From a virus, in IMG/VR virus record IMGVR_UViG_3300014158_000003, positions 53,320 to 117,319 of that record: a stretch of DNA of 64,000 nucleotides. One strand, written 5' to 3'. Below, one piece after another: positions 12,873 to 18,875 of the stretch. Both the position numbers and the translations under genes were made by a program. The notes below the pieces were generated by a model, which saw only the letters and a list, made by a program, of their open reading frames with translations, did no database searches and had not been told where the DNA came from. How positions within the stretch are numbered: the first letter of the stretch is position 1; each line of letters opens with the position of its first letter.

Positions 12873-13181
12873 AAAACGCCAGCCCATCCTTGACCGATAA
12901 AGGTTTGGCGTCAAATGGGCGACTTGGACTCGTCTTCGACCGCGTGCGGGGTGAAGTCGCCCCATGGCGTCGCGGGTCGGCCGCTGGCGACGTCGGCGCG
13001 CACGCTCGCGAGCCCGGCGTCCAAGATCGCCTCCGTCGTCCCGGGTGACATAAAACCACAGGCCCCAACCAGCCGCCGAACCGTCGGTAGCGTGGCGGAG
13101 CGGCCGGATCGTGCACTCGCCGAGCAGGAGTTCGTCGGCCAGAACACCCGAACGGTACCGGAGCGTGCAGTCCGCCATGAC

Positions 13182-14120
13182 CTATGCGAGCCCCGCACTG
13201 ACCCGCTGCCGCTGGATCCGCGTCCGGACGTCCTCCGGGTCGACCCAGCTCGCCGGCGCGCCTGCGGGGCGCCAGTAGACCGAACAGGCCACTAAACCGT
13301 CGGCGATGACGATCCACGCGCCCGCGCGCGGCAGCTCAGGTGGTTGGCCGGACTGCTGCCAGCGCAGAAAGAGGGCGCGTGCAGCCTCCGCCGGAGTGAG
13401 TCCGACCAGCATGGGGGCACCGCACGGCAGGTAGATGTTCGCGGTCCTGCCAGAAAGGACAATGAGTCCGCTTGCTTCGGCGAGCGCGCCGTCGAGGGGG
13501 AACGTGCGGATCCGGATGTCACCGAGCGCGATGTCATGCGACACCGACTCCAGCGGCTCGATCGCCTGCTGGACGAGTCGCGCGAGTCGCAACCGTTCCG
13601 CCGACGTGTCCGGCGACCCGACCGACGGGTGCGCTGGCGAGGATCCCGGCGAGCCACCCGCTGGGTGCCACGGGGGCGCTGCTGCGGGGTGGCCCGGAGG
13701 TTGACCTGGGGACCAGCCTACGGGGTCACCCTGCGGGTAACCTGGGAACTGTCCCGCAGGTTGACCCGCGGTCGGCTCGGGAGAACCTGGCGAGATCCTG
13801 CGGACCATCCAGAGATGGCCCACTCGCTCGACATAGCCGAGCGCCCCAAGCCTGTGCAGCAGCGCGTTGCCCGCGAGCGAGTGGCTCCCGCGCGATCTCG
13901 GGCTCCCGCTGCGGTCCAGTCGGTCCGGCCACATCTTCATCGAGAAGTCGGCCGCCGATAGAGCCCCGCTGCGGAGCACGTCGATCGCTCGACTGACTTC
14001 GGCCGGTTTCAGGTCGTACACGCCATCGCCAGGATAACGCGTGAGAACCTCAGCGCAATACTGGCGTGCTAGGTTGCTGGTCTCTCGGGGGCGCGGGAGG
14101 TTCTCGGAGAACATGGACAT
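13182..14120 (-). CDS. Hypothetical protein with Pro/Gly tetrapeptide-repeat linker
   Basis: Open frame from MSMFSEN. Possible winged-helix N-terminus (LLHRLGALGYVERVGHLW) and AGQP/PGQP/PGHP repeats. Confidence 0.5.
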   Translation of the reverse strand: MSMFSENLPRPRETSNLARQYCAEVLTRYPGDGVYDLKPAEVSRAIDVLRSGALSAADFSMKMWPDRLDRSGSPRSRGSHSLAGNALLHRLGALGYVERVGHLWMVRRISPGSPEPTAGQPAGQFPGYPQGDPVGWSPGQPPGHPAAAPPWHPAGGSPGSSPAHPSVGSPDTSAERLRLARLVQQAIEPLESVSHDIALGDIRIRTFPLDGALAEASGLIVLSGRTANIYLPCGAPMLVGLTPAEAARALFLRWQQSGQPPELPRAGAWIVIADGLVACSVYWRPAGAPASWVDPEDVRTRIQRQRVSAGLA

Positions 14121-14499
14121 CACTGCGCCGCCGAAAGAGCTGCAGATCGCCTTCTGCACCACCTGCAAGGGCCGAACTCCCCACATCCGGGAGACGCTGC
14201 CAGTCAACCTGCATGGCAACGCGCGGGCCCGGTTCGTCCTCGTCAACTACAACAGCCCCGACCAGCTCGACGATCTGCTCCGCGAGCGGCACATGGGCGA
14301 CATCGATAGCGGCCGACTGAGCGTCTACCGGTTCACCGAGCCAGGACCGTTCCGGATGGCGCACGCCAAGAACCTAGCCCATCGATTGGCGATCTCAGAG
14401 GGAGCGGACATCCTCGTGAACCTAGACGCGGACAACTTCGCTGGGCAGGCTTTCGACGCGTACGTGGCCGAGCGGCTCAGCGCACACGTTGACGATTGA
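14113..14499 (+). pseudogene. Truncated GT-A (GT2-like) glycosyltransferase, N-terminal half only
   Basis: IAFCTTCKGR..FVLVNYNSPD..AHAKNLA..ILVNLDADNF (DxD motif). The ORF stops about 20 aa after DxD. Confidence 0.6.
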
Positions 14500-14547
14500 C
14501 GATTCTATTTGCGCGACTCCATAACGTGAGCTAAGGGTTCCTCTGCG

Positions 14548-14664
14548 ATGAAACGCGCCGGCTCAACAGCCACGTATACCGAGCGGTCCGAAAGGGCTGC
14601 CTGGGACACGTGCGCCGTCGTGATCGGGCGCCCTTTCCAGAGCAATCCGGGTCACACCATGTAG
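14548..14664 (+). CDS. Putative attenuator leader peptide MKRAGSTATYTERSERAAWDTCAVVIGRPFQSNPGHTM (38 aa)
   Basis: ATG 14548 to TAG 14662-14664. It uses 19 amino acids and 31 distinct codons, and the stop abuts alternative hairpins. Confidence 0.65.
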   Translation: MKRAGSTATYTERSERAAWDTCAVVIGRPFQSNPGHTM

Positions 14665-14694
14665 GGCAGCTTCGCGAATACGCAACGTAGCGCG

Positions 14695-14728
14695 AGGCCG
14701 CCCGGAGAAGACCCGAGGCGGCTTTTTT
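14695..14728 (+). terminator. Intrinsic terminator upstream of the tRNA operon, overlapped by an alternative hairpin at 14664-14703
   Basis: AGGCCGCCCGG-AGAAGAC-CCGAGGCGGC followed by TTTTTT, 6 nt before the first tRNA. Confidence 0.8.
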
Positions 14729-14734
14729 CATTTC

Positions 14735-14812
14735 GGGTCGAGCGCTGGGACGCGACGGTGTCTGTAAAACACTGGCTTTCATGCTCGCTGGGTTCGATTC
14801 CCAGGCGACCCA
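14735..14812 (+). tRNA. tRNA-Tyr(GTA)
   Basis: GGGTCG/CGACCC acceptor, loop CTGTAAA, TTCGATT T-loop. Confidence 0.75.
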
Positions 14813-14859
14813 CGAGGAGAGGAGGACACGATGAAACGCACCGGTCCAAAAGAAAGCGA

Positions 14860-14931
14860 GGGACGTTAGCTCCAGGGCGGAGCGGCAGCCTTTTAAGCTG
14901 CGCGGGCCGGGTTCGATCCCCGGGCGTCCCA
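14860..14931 (+). tRNA. tRNA-Lys(TTT)
   Basis: GCAGC-CTTTTAA-GCTGC anticodon arm, GTTCGATCC. Confidence 0.85.
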
Positions 14932-14941
14932 CGACCCACGC

Positions 14942-15012
14942 GCGCCGGTAGCTCGAAGGTCGAGCAGGTGGCTCTTAACCACTCGGCGAGAGTTCGATTC
15001 TCTCTCGGCGCA
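14942..15012 (+). tRNA. tRNA-Lys(CTT)
   Basis: GGTGG-CTCTTAA-CCACT, GTTCGATTC. Confidence 0.85.
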
Positions 15013-15013
15013 C

Positions 15014-15080
15014 TGGGGATTCGATGGTCGACAGGTGGTCTCTGAAGCCGCCGACGGTGGTTCGATTCCACCATCCCCAA
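15014..15080 (+). tRNA. tRNA-Gln(CTG), short D-arm
   Basis: TGGGGAT/ATCCCCA acceptor, loop CTCTGAA. Confidence 0.7.
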
Positions 15081-15084
15081 CCGA

Positions 15085-15121
15085 TGGCCCGACGCACACG
15101 GGCTATTCGCTCCTTGACAAC
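15085..15121 (+). promoter_or_regulatory. boxB-like hairpin plus boxA-like antitermination element
   Basis: TGGCCCG-ACGCACA-CGGGCTA hairpin followed by CGCTCCTTGACAAC (rrn boxA consensus TGCTCTTTAACA). Confidence 0.55.
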
Positions 15122-15203
15122 CTGGACGCACGTGACGCGCGGGCGCGAGCTCGCGGGCGGTCTCTGCGAAGTCACGACGCGCGGGCACGTAGCCGCGCAA
15201 CAT

Positions 15204-15275
15204 TGCGATGCAGCATGAAGGTCATGCGCCCGGCTGTTAACCGGAGAGAAGCGGGTTCGACTCCTGCCTTCGCAG
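15204..15275 (+). tRNA. tRNA-Asn(GTT)
   Basis: CCGG-CTGTTAA-CCGG, GTTCGACTC. Confidence 0.8.
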
Positions 15276-15281
15276 CTCGAC

Positions 15282-15350
15282 GCCGTCTTGTACCTGGGGT
15301 CAACGCGCTCTCGTAAGGCGCGTGGCGGGGTTCGAATCCCCGAGGCGGCT
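15282..15350 (+). tRNA. tRNA-Thr(CGT), degenerate D-arm
   Basis: GCGCT-CTCGTAA-GGCGC, GTTCGAATC. Confidence 0.7.
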
Positions 15351-15355
15351 CTCAC

Positions 15356-15428
15356 GTCCCGTTCGACTTCTTGGGCAGGTCGCCGGATTCTCGATCCGGA
15401 CAGAGGGGTTCGAATCCCCTACGGGACG
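15356..15428 (+). tRNA. tRNA-Glu(CTC)
   Basis: GTCCCGT/ACGGGAC acceptor, CCGGA-TTCTCGA-TCCGG. Confidence 0.85.
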
Positions 15429-15433
15429 CTCTT

Positions 15434-15505
15434 GGTCCGCTTTCTCCTGGTGGGGTGGTCGGATTTTCAACTCGACTTCGACGGGTTCGATCCCCGTGCG
15501 GATCA
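15434..15505 (+). tRNA. tRNA-Glu(TTC), degenerate
   Basis: GGTCCGC/GCGGATC acceptor, loop TTTTCAA, GTTCGATCC. Confidence 0.65.
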
Positions 15506-15516
15506 CGAAGTAGTAC

Positions 15517-15589
15517 GCCGCGAGAGCTGGTGAGGTCATAGCGCCCGGTTGAAGCCCGGGAGAACTCCGCTCGATACGGAGTCGCGGCA
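15517..15589 (+). tRNA. tRNA-Phe(GAA)
   Basis: GCCGCGA/TCGCGGC acceptor, CCCGG-TTGAAGC-CCGGG, variant T-loop CTCGATA. Confidence 0.75.
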
Positions 15590-15600
15590 CGAAGTGGTAT

Positions 15601-15672
15601 CAGGGTGAGGTGTTTGTGGTAGCACGCTCCGTTCGGGCCGGAGTGGTGCGGGTTCGACTCCCGCCGCCCTGA
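15601..15672 (+). tRNA. tRNA-Pro(CGG)
   Basis: CTCCG-TTCGGGC-CGGAG, GTTCGACTC. Confidence 0.8.
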
Positions 15673-15674
15673 CT

Positions 15675-15748
15675 GTGACCGTGGTGTAGTGGTTTCTGCA
15701 CGGCTGGTTGTGGCCCAGCAGGTACGAGTTCAATCCTCGTCGGTCACC
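15675..15748 (+). tRNA. tRNA-His(GTG)
   Basis: GTGACCG/CGGTCAC acceptor, C discriminator, GCTGG-TTGTGGC-CCAGC. Confidence 0.85.
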
Positions 15749-15752
15749 CCAC

Positions 15753-15824
15753 CTCCTCGTCCCGCCGGATGCGGGCGGCGCACTCCTAAGGCGCACGTGC
15801 CGGGTCCGACTCCCGGCGAGGAGA
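15753..15824 (+). tRNA. tRNA-Arg(CCT)
   Basis: CTCCTCG/CGAGGAG acceptor, loop CTCCTAA, T-loop TCCGACT. Confidence 0.65.
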
Positions 15825-15830
15825 CGAAAT

Positions 15831-15903
15831 GCCCCGTGACGCGCCTGGTGGCGCGGTCAGCTTGTCACGCTGCGCGAGACGGATTCGATTTCCGTACGGG
15901 GCG
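15831..15903 (+). tRNA. tRNA-Asp(GTC)
   Basis: GCCCCGT/ACGGGGC acceptor, CAGC-TTGTCAC-GCTG, G discriminator. Confidence 0.75.
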
Positions 15904-15911
15904 CTGCGCCT

Positions 15912-15979
15912 GGGTCCATGCATCGGATGCAGCTCGGTCTCCAAAACCGAGGATGAGGGTTCGACTCCTTCTGGGCCCG
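15912..15979 (+). tRNA. tRNA-Trp(CCA), short D-arm
   Basis: TCGGT-CTCCAAA-ACCGA, GTTCGACTC. Confidence 0.75.
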
Positions 15980-15989
15980 CGAAGTAAAC

Positions 15990-16060
15990 GGGCTGCTCGT
16001 CCAACGCGAGGACACCGCTTTCGCACTGCGGAGATGGGGGTTGGATTCCCCCGCGGTCCA
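15990..16060 (+). tRNA. tRNA-Ala(CGC)
   Basis: GGGCTGC/GCGGTCC acceptor with G3:U70, loop TTCGCAC. Confidence 0.7.
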
Positions 16061-16068
16061 CTGGCTTT

Positions 16069-16139
16069 GCCCATGTCCGACGGTCGGGCTCCTCCTCGGT
16101 AAGGAGGCGCTGCGGGTTCAACTCCCGACGTGGGCTCCA
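16069..16139 (+). tRNA. tRNA-Thr(GGT), encoded CCA
   Basis: CCTCC-TCGGTAA-GGAGG, GTTCAACTC. Confidence 0.65.
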
Positions 16140-16141
16140 AC

Positions 16142-16209
16142 GCCGATCGGTCCAGGGACCACGGCCCCTTTGTATGGGCCACAGACGCGTTCGATTCGCG
16201 TGATCGGCT
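16142..16209 (+). tRNA. tRNA-Thr(TGT), irregular anticodon arm
   Basis: GCCGATC/GATCGGC acceptor, GGCCC-CTTTGTAT-GGGCC. Confidence 0.6.
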
Positions 16210-16213
16210 CCGT

Positions 16214-16284
16214 GCGGGTGTAGGTGACGGTCACCGGCGCGCCTTCCAAGCGTTGCTACCCGGGTTCGATTCCCGGCATCCGCT
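16214..16284 (+). tRNA. tRNA-Gly(TCC)
   Basis: GCGGGTG/CATCCGC acceptor, loop CTTCCAA, U discriminator. Confidence 0.8.
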
Positions 16285-16298
16285 CTGACGCTATTTGC

Positions 16299-16370
16299 GC
16301 GGGCGAGTCGGCAAGGTGCCGAGCGTGGTTGCCATCCACGTCCAGGCGAGTTCGATTCTCGTCGCCCGCT
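16299..16370 (+). tRNA. tRNA-Gly(GCC)
   Basis: GCGGGCG/CGCCCGC acceptor, CGTGG-TTGCCAT-CCACG. Confidence 0.8.
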
Positions 16371-16375
16371 CTAGT

Positions 16376-16444
16376 GAGCCGATCTTCCGGCGAAGGACGC
16401 TGATTGCAACCTAGCGAAGCCCGGTTCAACTCCGGGTCGGCTCT
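16376..16444 (+). tRNA. tRNA-Cys(GCA)
   Basis: GAGCCGA/TCGGCTC acceptor, loop TTGCAAC, U discriminator. Confidence 0.7.
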
Positions 16445-16476
16445 CCGGGCGAGGCGCAGCGATGCGCCGAGCCTGC

Positions 16477-16547
16477 GCGCTCGTCCCGGCGGATCCGGGC
16501 ATGGCACTTCTAAGGCCGTTGACTCGTTTCGACTACGAGCGAGCGTT
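16477..16547 (+). tRNA. tRNA-Arg(TCT), degenerate
   Basis: GCGCTCG/CGAGCGT acceptor, loop CTTCTAA, TTCGACT. Confidence 0.6.
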
Positions 16548-16549
16548 CC

Positions 16550-16622
16550 CTCGTCGTTCCGGCGGATTTCCGGACCGGAGTTTCCGAAACTTCGTGCCCG
16601 GGTCCGACTCCCGGCGACGAGA
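16550..16622 (+). tRNA. tRNA-Arg(CCG)
   Basis: CTCGTCG/CGACGAG acceptor, GGAGT-TTCCGAA-ACTTC. Confidence 0.65.
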
Positions 16623-16623
16623 C

Positions 16624-16693
16624 CTCCCTGCCAGCGGACCTGGCGTCGACGCTACGAACGTTGATTGCGGCCGTTCAACTCGGTCCAGGGAGA
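16624..16693 (+). tRNA. tRNA-Arg(ACG)
   Basis: CTCCCTG/CAGGGAG acceptor, CGACG-CTACGAA-CGTTG. Confidence 0.7.
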
Positions 16694-16694
16694 C

Positions 16695-16770
16695 CGCGGG
16701 GTGGCGTAGATTTAGTCGCCAGGTGGGCCCATAACCCTCCCGATGCCGGATGCAACACCGGTCTCCGCAA
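16695..16770 (+). tRNA. Initiator-type tRNA-fMet(CAT), degenerate T-loop
   Basis: CGCGGGG start with C1:A72 mismatch, GGG-CCCATAA-CCC anticodon stem. Confidence 0.65.
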
Positions 16771-16772
16771 CC

Positions 16773-16842
16773 GCCGACGACGACCGGGATCGAGCGCGCT
16801 CTCATAAGGCGCTGCAGTGGGGTTCGACTCCCCACGTCGGCA
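16773..16842 (+). tRNA. tRNA-Met or Ile2 (CAT)
   Basis: GCCGACG/CGTCGGC acceptor, GCGCT-CTCATAA-GGCGC. Confidence 0.75.
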
Positions 16843-16843
16843 C

Positions 16844-16911
16844 CGGAGGATACCTGGCGGGAGCATGCGCCCTACAAGCGCGAGCGCGGGGTCCGATTCC
16901 CCGGCCTCCGA
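16844..16911 (+). tRNA. tRNA-Val(TAC), degenerate
   Basis: CGGAGG/CCTCCG acceptor, GCGC-CCTACAA-GCGC. Confidence 0.55.
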
Positions 16912-16912
16912 C

Positions 16913-16991
16913 CGGACGCGTGCCTAAGCCGGCGGTCCCGGCGCACGTCTTATGAGCGTGTGGCTCGAGGGTTCAACTCCTGCGCGTCCGA
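16913..16991 (+). tRNA. tRNA-Ile(TAT)-like
   Basis: CGGACGC/GCGTCCG acceptor, CACGT-CTTATGA-GCGTG, GTTCAACTC. Confidence 0.55.
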
Positions 16992-16997
16992 CTCAAT

Positions 16998-17069
16998 GCG
17001 AGGCATGGCTGCTGGTGCAGCCACCGGCTCGACACGCCGGCTAGGAGGGTTCGATCCCCTCGCCTCGCA
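16998..17069 (+). tRNA. tRNA-Val(GAC)
   Basis: GCGAGGC/GCCTCGC acceptor, CCGGC-TCGACAC-GCCGG. Confidence 0.7.
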
Positions 17070-17070
17070 C

Positions 17071-17143
17071 CCCGCCCAGAGGCCCGGTTGGCCTGCGATT
17101 GCTGATAACGATCGCGCGCTGCGTTCAACTCGCAGTGGGCGGA
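17071..17143 (+). tRNA. tRNA-Ile(GAT)
   Basis: CCGCCCA/TGGGCGG acceptor, GATTG-CTGATAA-CGATC. Confidence 0.7.
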
Positions 17144-17167
17144 CAACGTGCTAGATCGAACCGCGCG

Positions 17168-17689
17168 ATGGAACCGCAGACGCTCGTGCTCACCCCGCAC
17201 ATGACTCCCCACCGGATCGCCGGTTGGCAGGAAGCGATCGTGCTCGTCTACACGGACAAGGTCGACGTGCTCGAGGAGTACGAGGCGACGATCTCGAGCC
17301 CGTCGGTGACGTTGCAGGTGCCCGCGGTGCTGCGCCTGCGCAAGGAGATGTCGCTCTTCAAGAAGGGCACGAAGTACAGCCCAGCGAACGTCATGCTCCG
17401 TGACAAGCACACGTGCTGCTACTGCGGCCAGAAGAAGCGGCCGCGCGATCTCAACATCGACCACGTCGTCCCGCGCGCGCAGGGCGGCAAGACGACGTGG
17501 CTGAACTGCGTCTCCTCGTGCCCGAGCTGCAACCGCCGCAAGGGGGCGCGCACGCCGGCGCAGGCAGGACTGAAGATGCACTTCCAGCCGCACGTGCCCA
17601 GGCAGTTGCCGTTCGCGCCGCTGCTGCTCATCGCGAAGGTGCCCGACCTATGGGTCCCCTACCTGTCGGCGAGCGCGCAGACGGCGTAG
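17168..17689 (+). CDS. HNH endonuclease (McrA-like) within the tRNA array
   Basis: TLVL..P..I.GWQEAI..PAVLRL..NVMLRDKHTCCYCG..NIDHVVPRAQGG..WLNCVSSCPSCNRRKG. Confidence 0.92.
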   Translation: MEPQTLVLTPHMTPHRIAGWQEAIVLVYTDKVDVLEEYEATISSPSVTLQVPAVLRLRKEMSLFKKGTKYSPANVMLRDKHTCCYCGQKKRPRDLNIDHVVPRAQGGKTTWLNCVSSCPSCNRRKGARTPAQAGLKMHFQPHVPRQLPFAPLLLIAKVPDLWVPYLSASAQTA

Positions 17690-17700
17690 CAAAAAAGTTT

Positions 17701-17791
17701 GGAAGGTACCGCTGAATGGTCGGCAATCCGGTTCGAACCCGGAGGCGTGGTGTAACCCATCACGGGCGTTCGATTCGTCTACTTTCCGCCA
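17701..17791 (+). tRNA. tRNA-Ser(CGA), encoded CCA
   Basis: TCCGG-TTCGAAC-CCGGA, long variable arm, GCCA end. Confidence 0.85.
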
Positions 17792-17804
17792 ACGTGAAAG
17801 CACT

Positions 17805-17889
17805 GGAAGAGGAACCGCGCGGGGCGCGGGCCGGTTTGCTAAACCGCGCGGCGGCATGAGCCGCTCTGGGTCGGGACCAGTCTCTTCCT
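17805..17889 (+). tRNA. tRNA-Ser(GCT), degenerate T-arm
   Basis: GGAAGAG/CTCTTCC acceptor, loop TTGCTAA, long variable arm. Confidence 0.6.
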
Positions 17890-17900
17890 CCGTTGCGTCG

Positions 17901-17983
17901 TGCCTCGAGCGGGACTCGAACCCGCAAGCTCCGAAGAGCGGCGATTTTTAGGACCGCCTGGTCTACCGTTCCTCCACCGAGGC
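17901..17983 (-). tRNA. tRNA-Leu(TAA)
   Basis: Reverse complement GCCTCGG..GCGGT-CCTAAAA-ATCGC, long variable arm, GTTCGAGTC. Confidence 0.8.
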
Positions 17984-17988
17984 CCTCG

Positions 17989-18069
17989 TACTCCGGGCGC
18001 GAGTCGAACGCGCATGCCTTGCGGCACCCGATCTTGAATCGGGCGTGGATACCGTTTCACCACCGGAGC
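17989..18069 (-). tRNA. tRNA-Leu(CAA)
   Basis: Reverse complement CCCGA-TTCAAGA-TCGGG, long variable arm. Confidence 0.85.
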
Positions 18070-18079
18070 ATTCACTTCG

Positions 18080-18162
18080 TACGCGGGGAGGGAGTTGAAC
18101 CCTCACGCCCTCTCGGGCACGACCACCTCAAGGTCGCGTGACTGCCATTCCACCACCCGCGT
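18080..18162 (-). tRNA. tRNA-Leu(GAG)
   Basis: Reverse complement CGACC-TTGAGGT-GGTCG. Its 5' end coincides with the IS target duplication. Confidence 0.85.
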
Positions 18163-18235
18163 GGGTAGTGGGTCAGTTTGAGTTTCGCGTCATGACGCGC
18201 TTGCGTGACCGGTCAAGCATGGTCAAGCTCGCGGC

Positions 18236-18553
18236 ATGGCGATTCTACGTGAGCGTGTGGCGTGGTCGAAGCCGAGGGCTAGGCGTGGTCCGGACCTGAG
18301 CCCAGACGAACAGAAGGCGGTCAAGAAGGCTCTTGCGTTCCTCGCCAAGCGCCACGGCTCCCTCGTGAAGCTGTCCGCCGCGATGGGCCTGAAGCCAGAC
18401 GCGGTCGTCCATGCGGCCAGAGAGCGCGGGAGCGTTACGGCGGGCGTCGCGCTCCGGGCTGCTCGCGCTGCCGGAGTGCCTCTGGAAGACCTCCTAGCCG
18501 GCCGGTGGCCCGAGGCTGGCACTTGCCCTCTCTGCGGCCGGAAGGCAGGATGA
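18236..18553 (+). CDS. Xre-like HTH protein (IS passenger)
   Basis: SLVKLSAAMGLKPDAVVH helix-turn-helix and C-terminal CPLCG. Confidence 0.65.
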   Translation: MAILRERVAWSKPRARRGPDLSPDEQKAVKKALAFLAKRHGSLVKLSAAMGLKPDAVVHAARERGSVTAGVALRAARAAGVPLEDLLAGRWPEAGTCPLCGRKAG

Positions 18554-18557
18554 AGGC

Positions 18558-18824
18558 GTGCCTAAGCGGTCAAGCAAGAGCCCGAAACGCCCGACGGACG
18601 TGAACTCGCTGGCGGCGTCGATCGTCGCGGCGGCAACCGACGAGACGCCCCCGGAAGAGAAGGCCGAGCCGACACCCGAGGAACTGGCGCACGCGGCGGC
18701 CGTGGCCCTCGGAAGGCTCGGTGGATTGAAGGGCGGAAGAGCGCGAGCGGAGAGTCTGTCGAAGAAGAAACGTAGTGACATCGCCAAGAAAGCGGCGAAG
18801 GCGAGGTGGAGCGCAAAGCCGTGA
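18558..18824 (+). CDS. Small basic protein (GRLGGLKGG..RS.IAKKAAKARW type, IS-associated)
   Basis: KRPTDVNSLA..IV..AT and AAVALGRLGGLKGGRARAESLS motifs. Confidence 0.8.
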   Translation: MPKRSSKSPKRPTDVNSLAASIVAAATDETPPEEKAEPTPEELAHAAAVALGRLGGLKGGRARAESLSKKKRSDIAKKAAKARWSAKP

Positions 18825-18875
18825 CGCGTTCGCGATTGACGAGCCGGACCGTTGCGTGATCGCATGCATCGTCAA

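Noticed and set aside
14652-17154. Many short ORFs across the tRNA region
   Set aside because: They overlap cloverleaf structures and lack coding-like composition.
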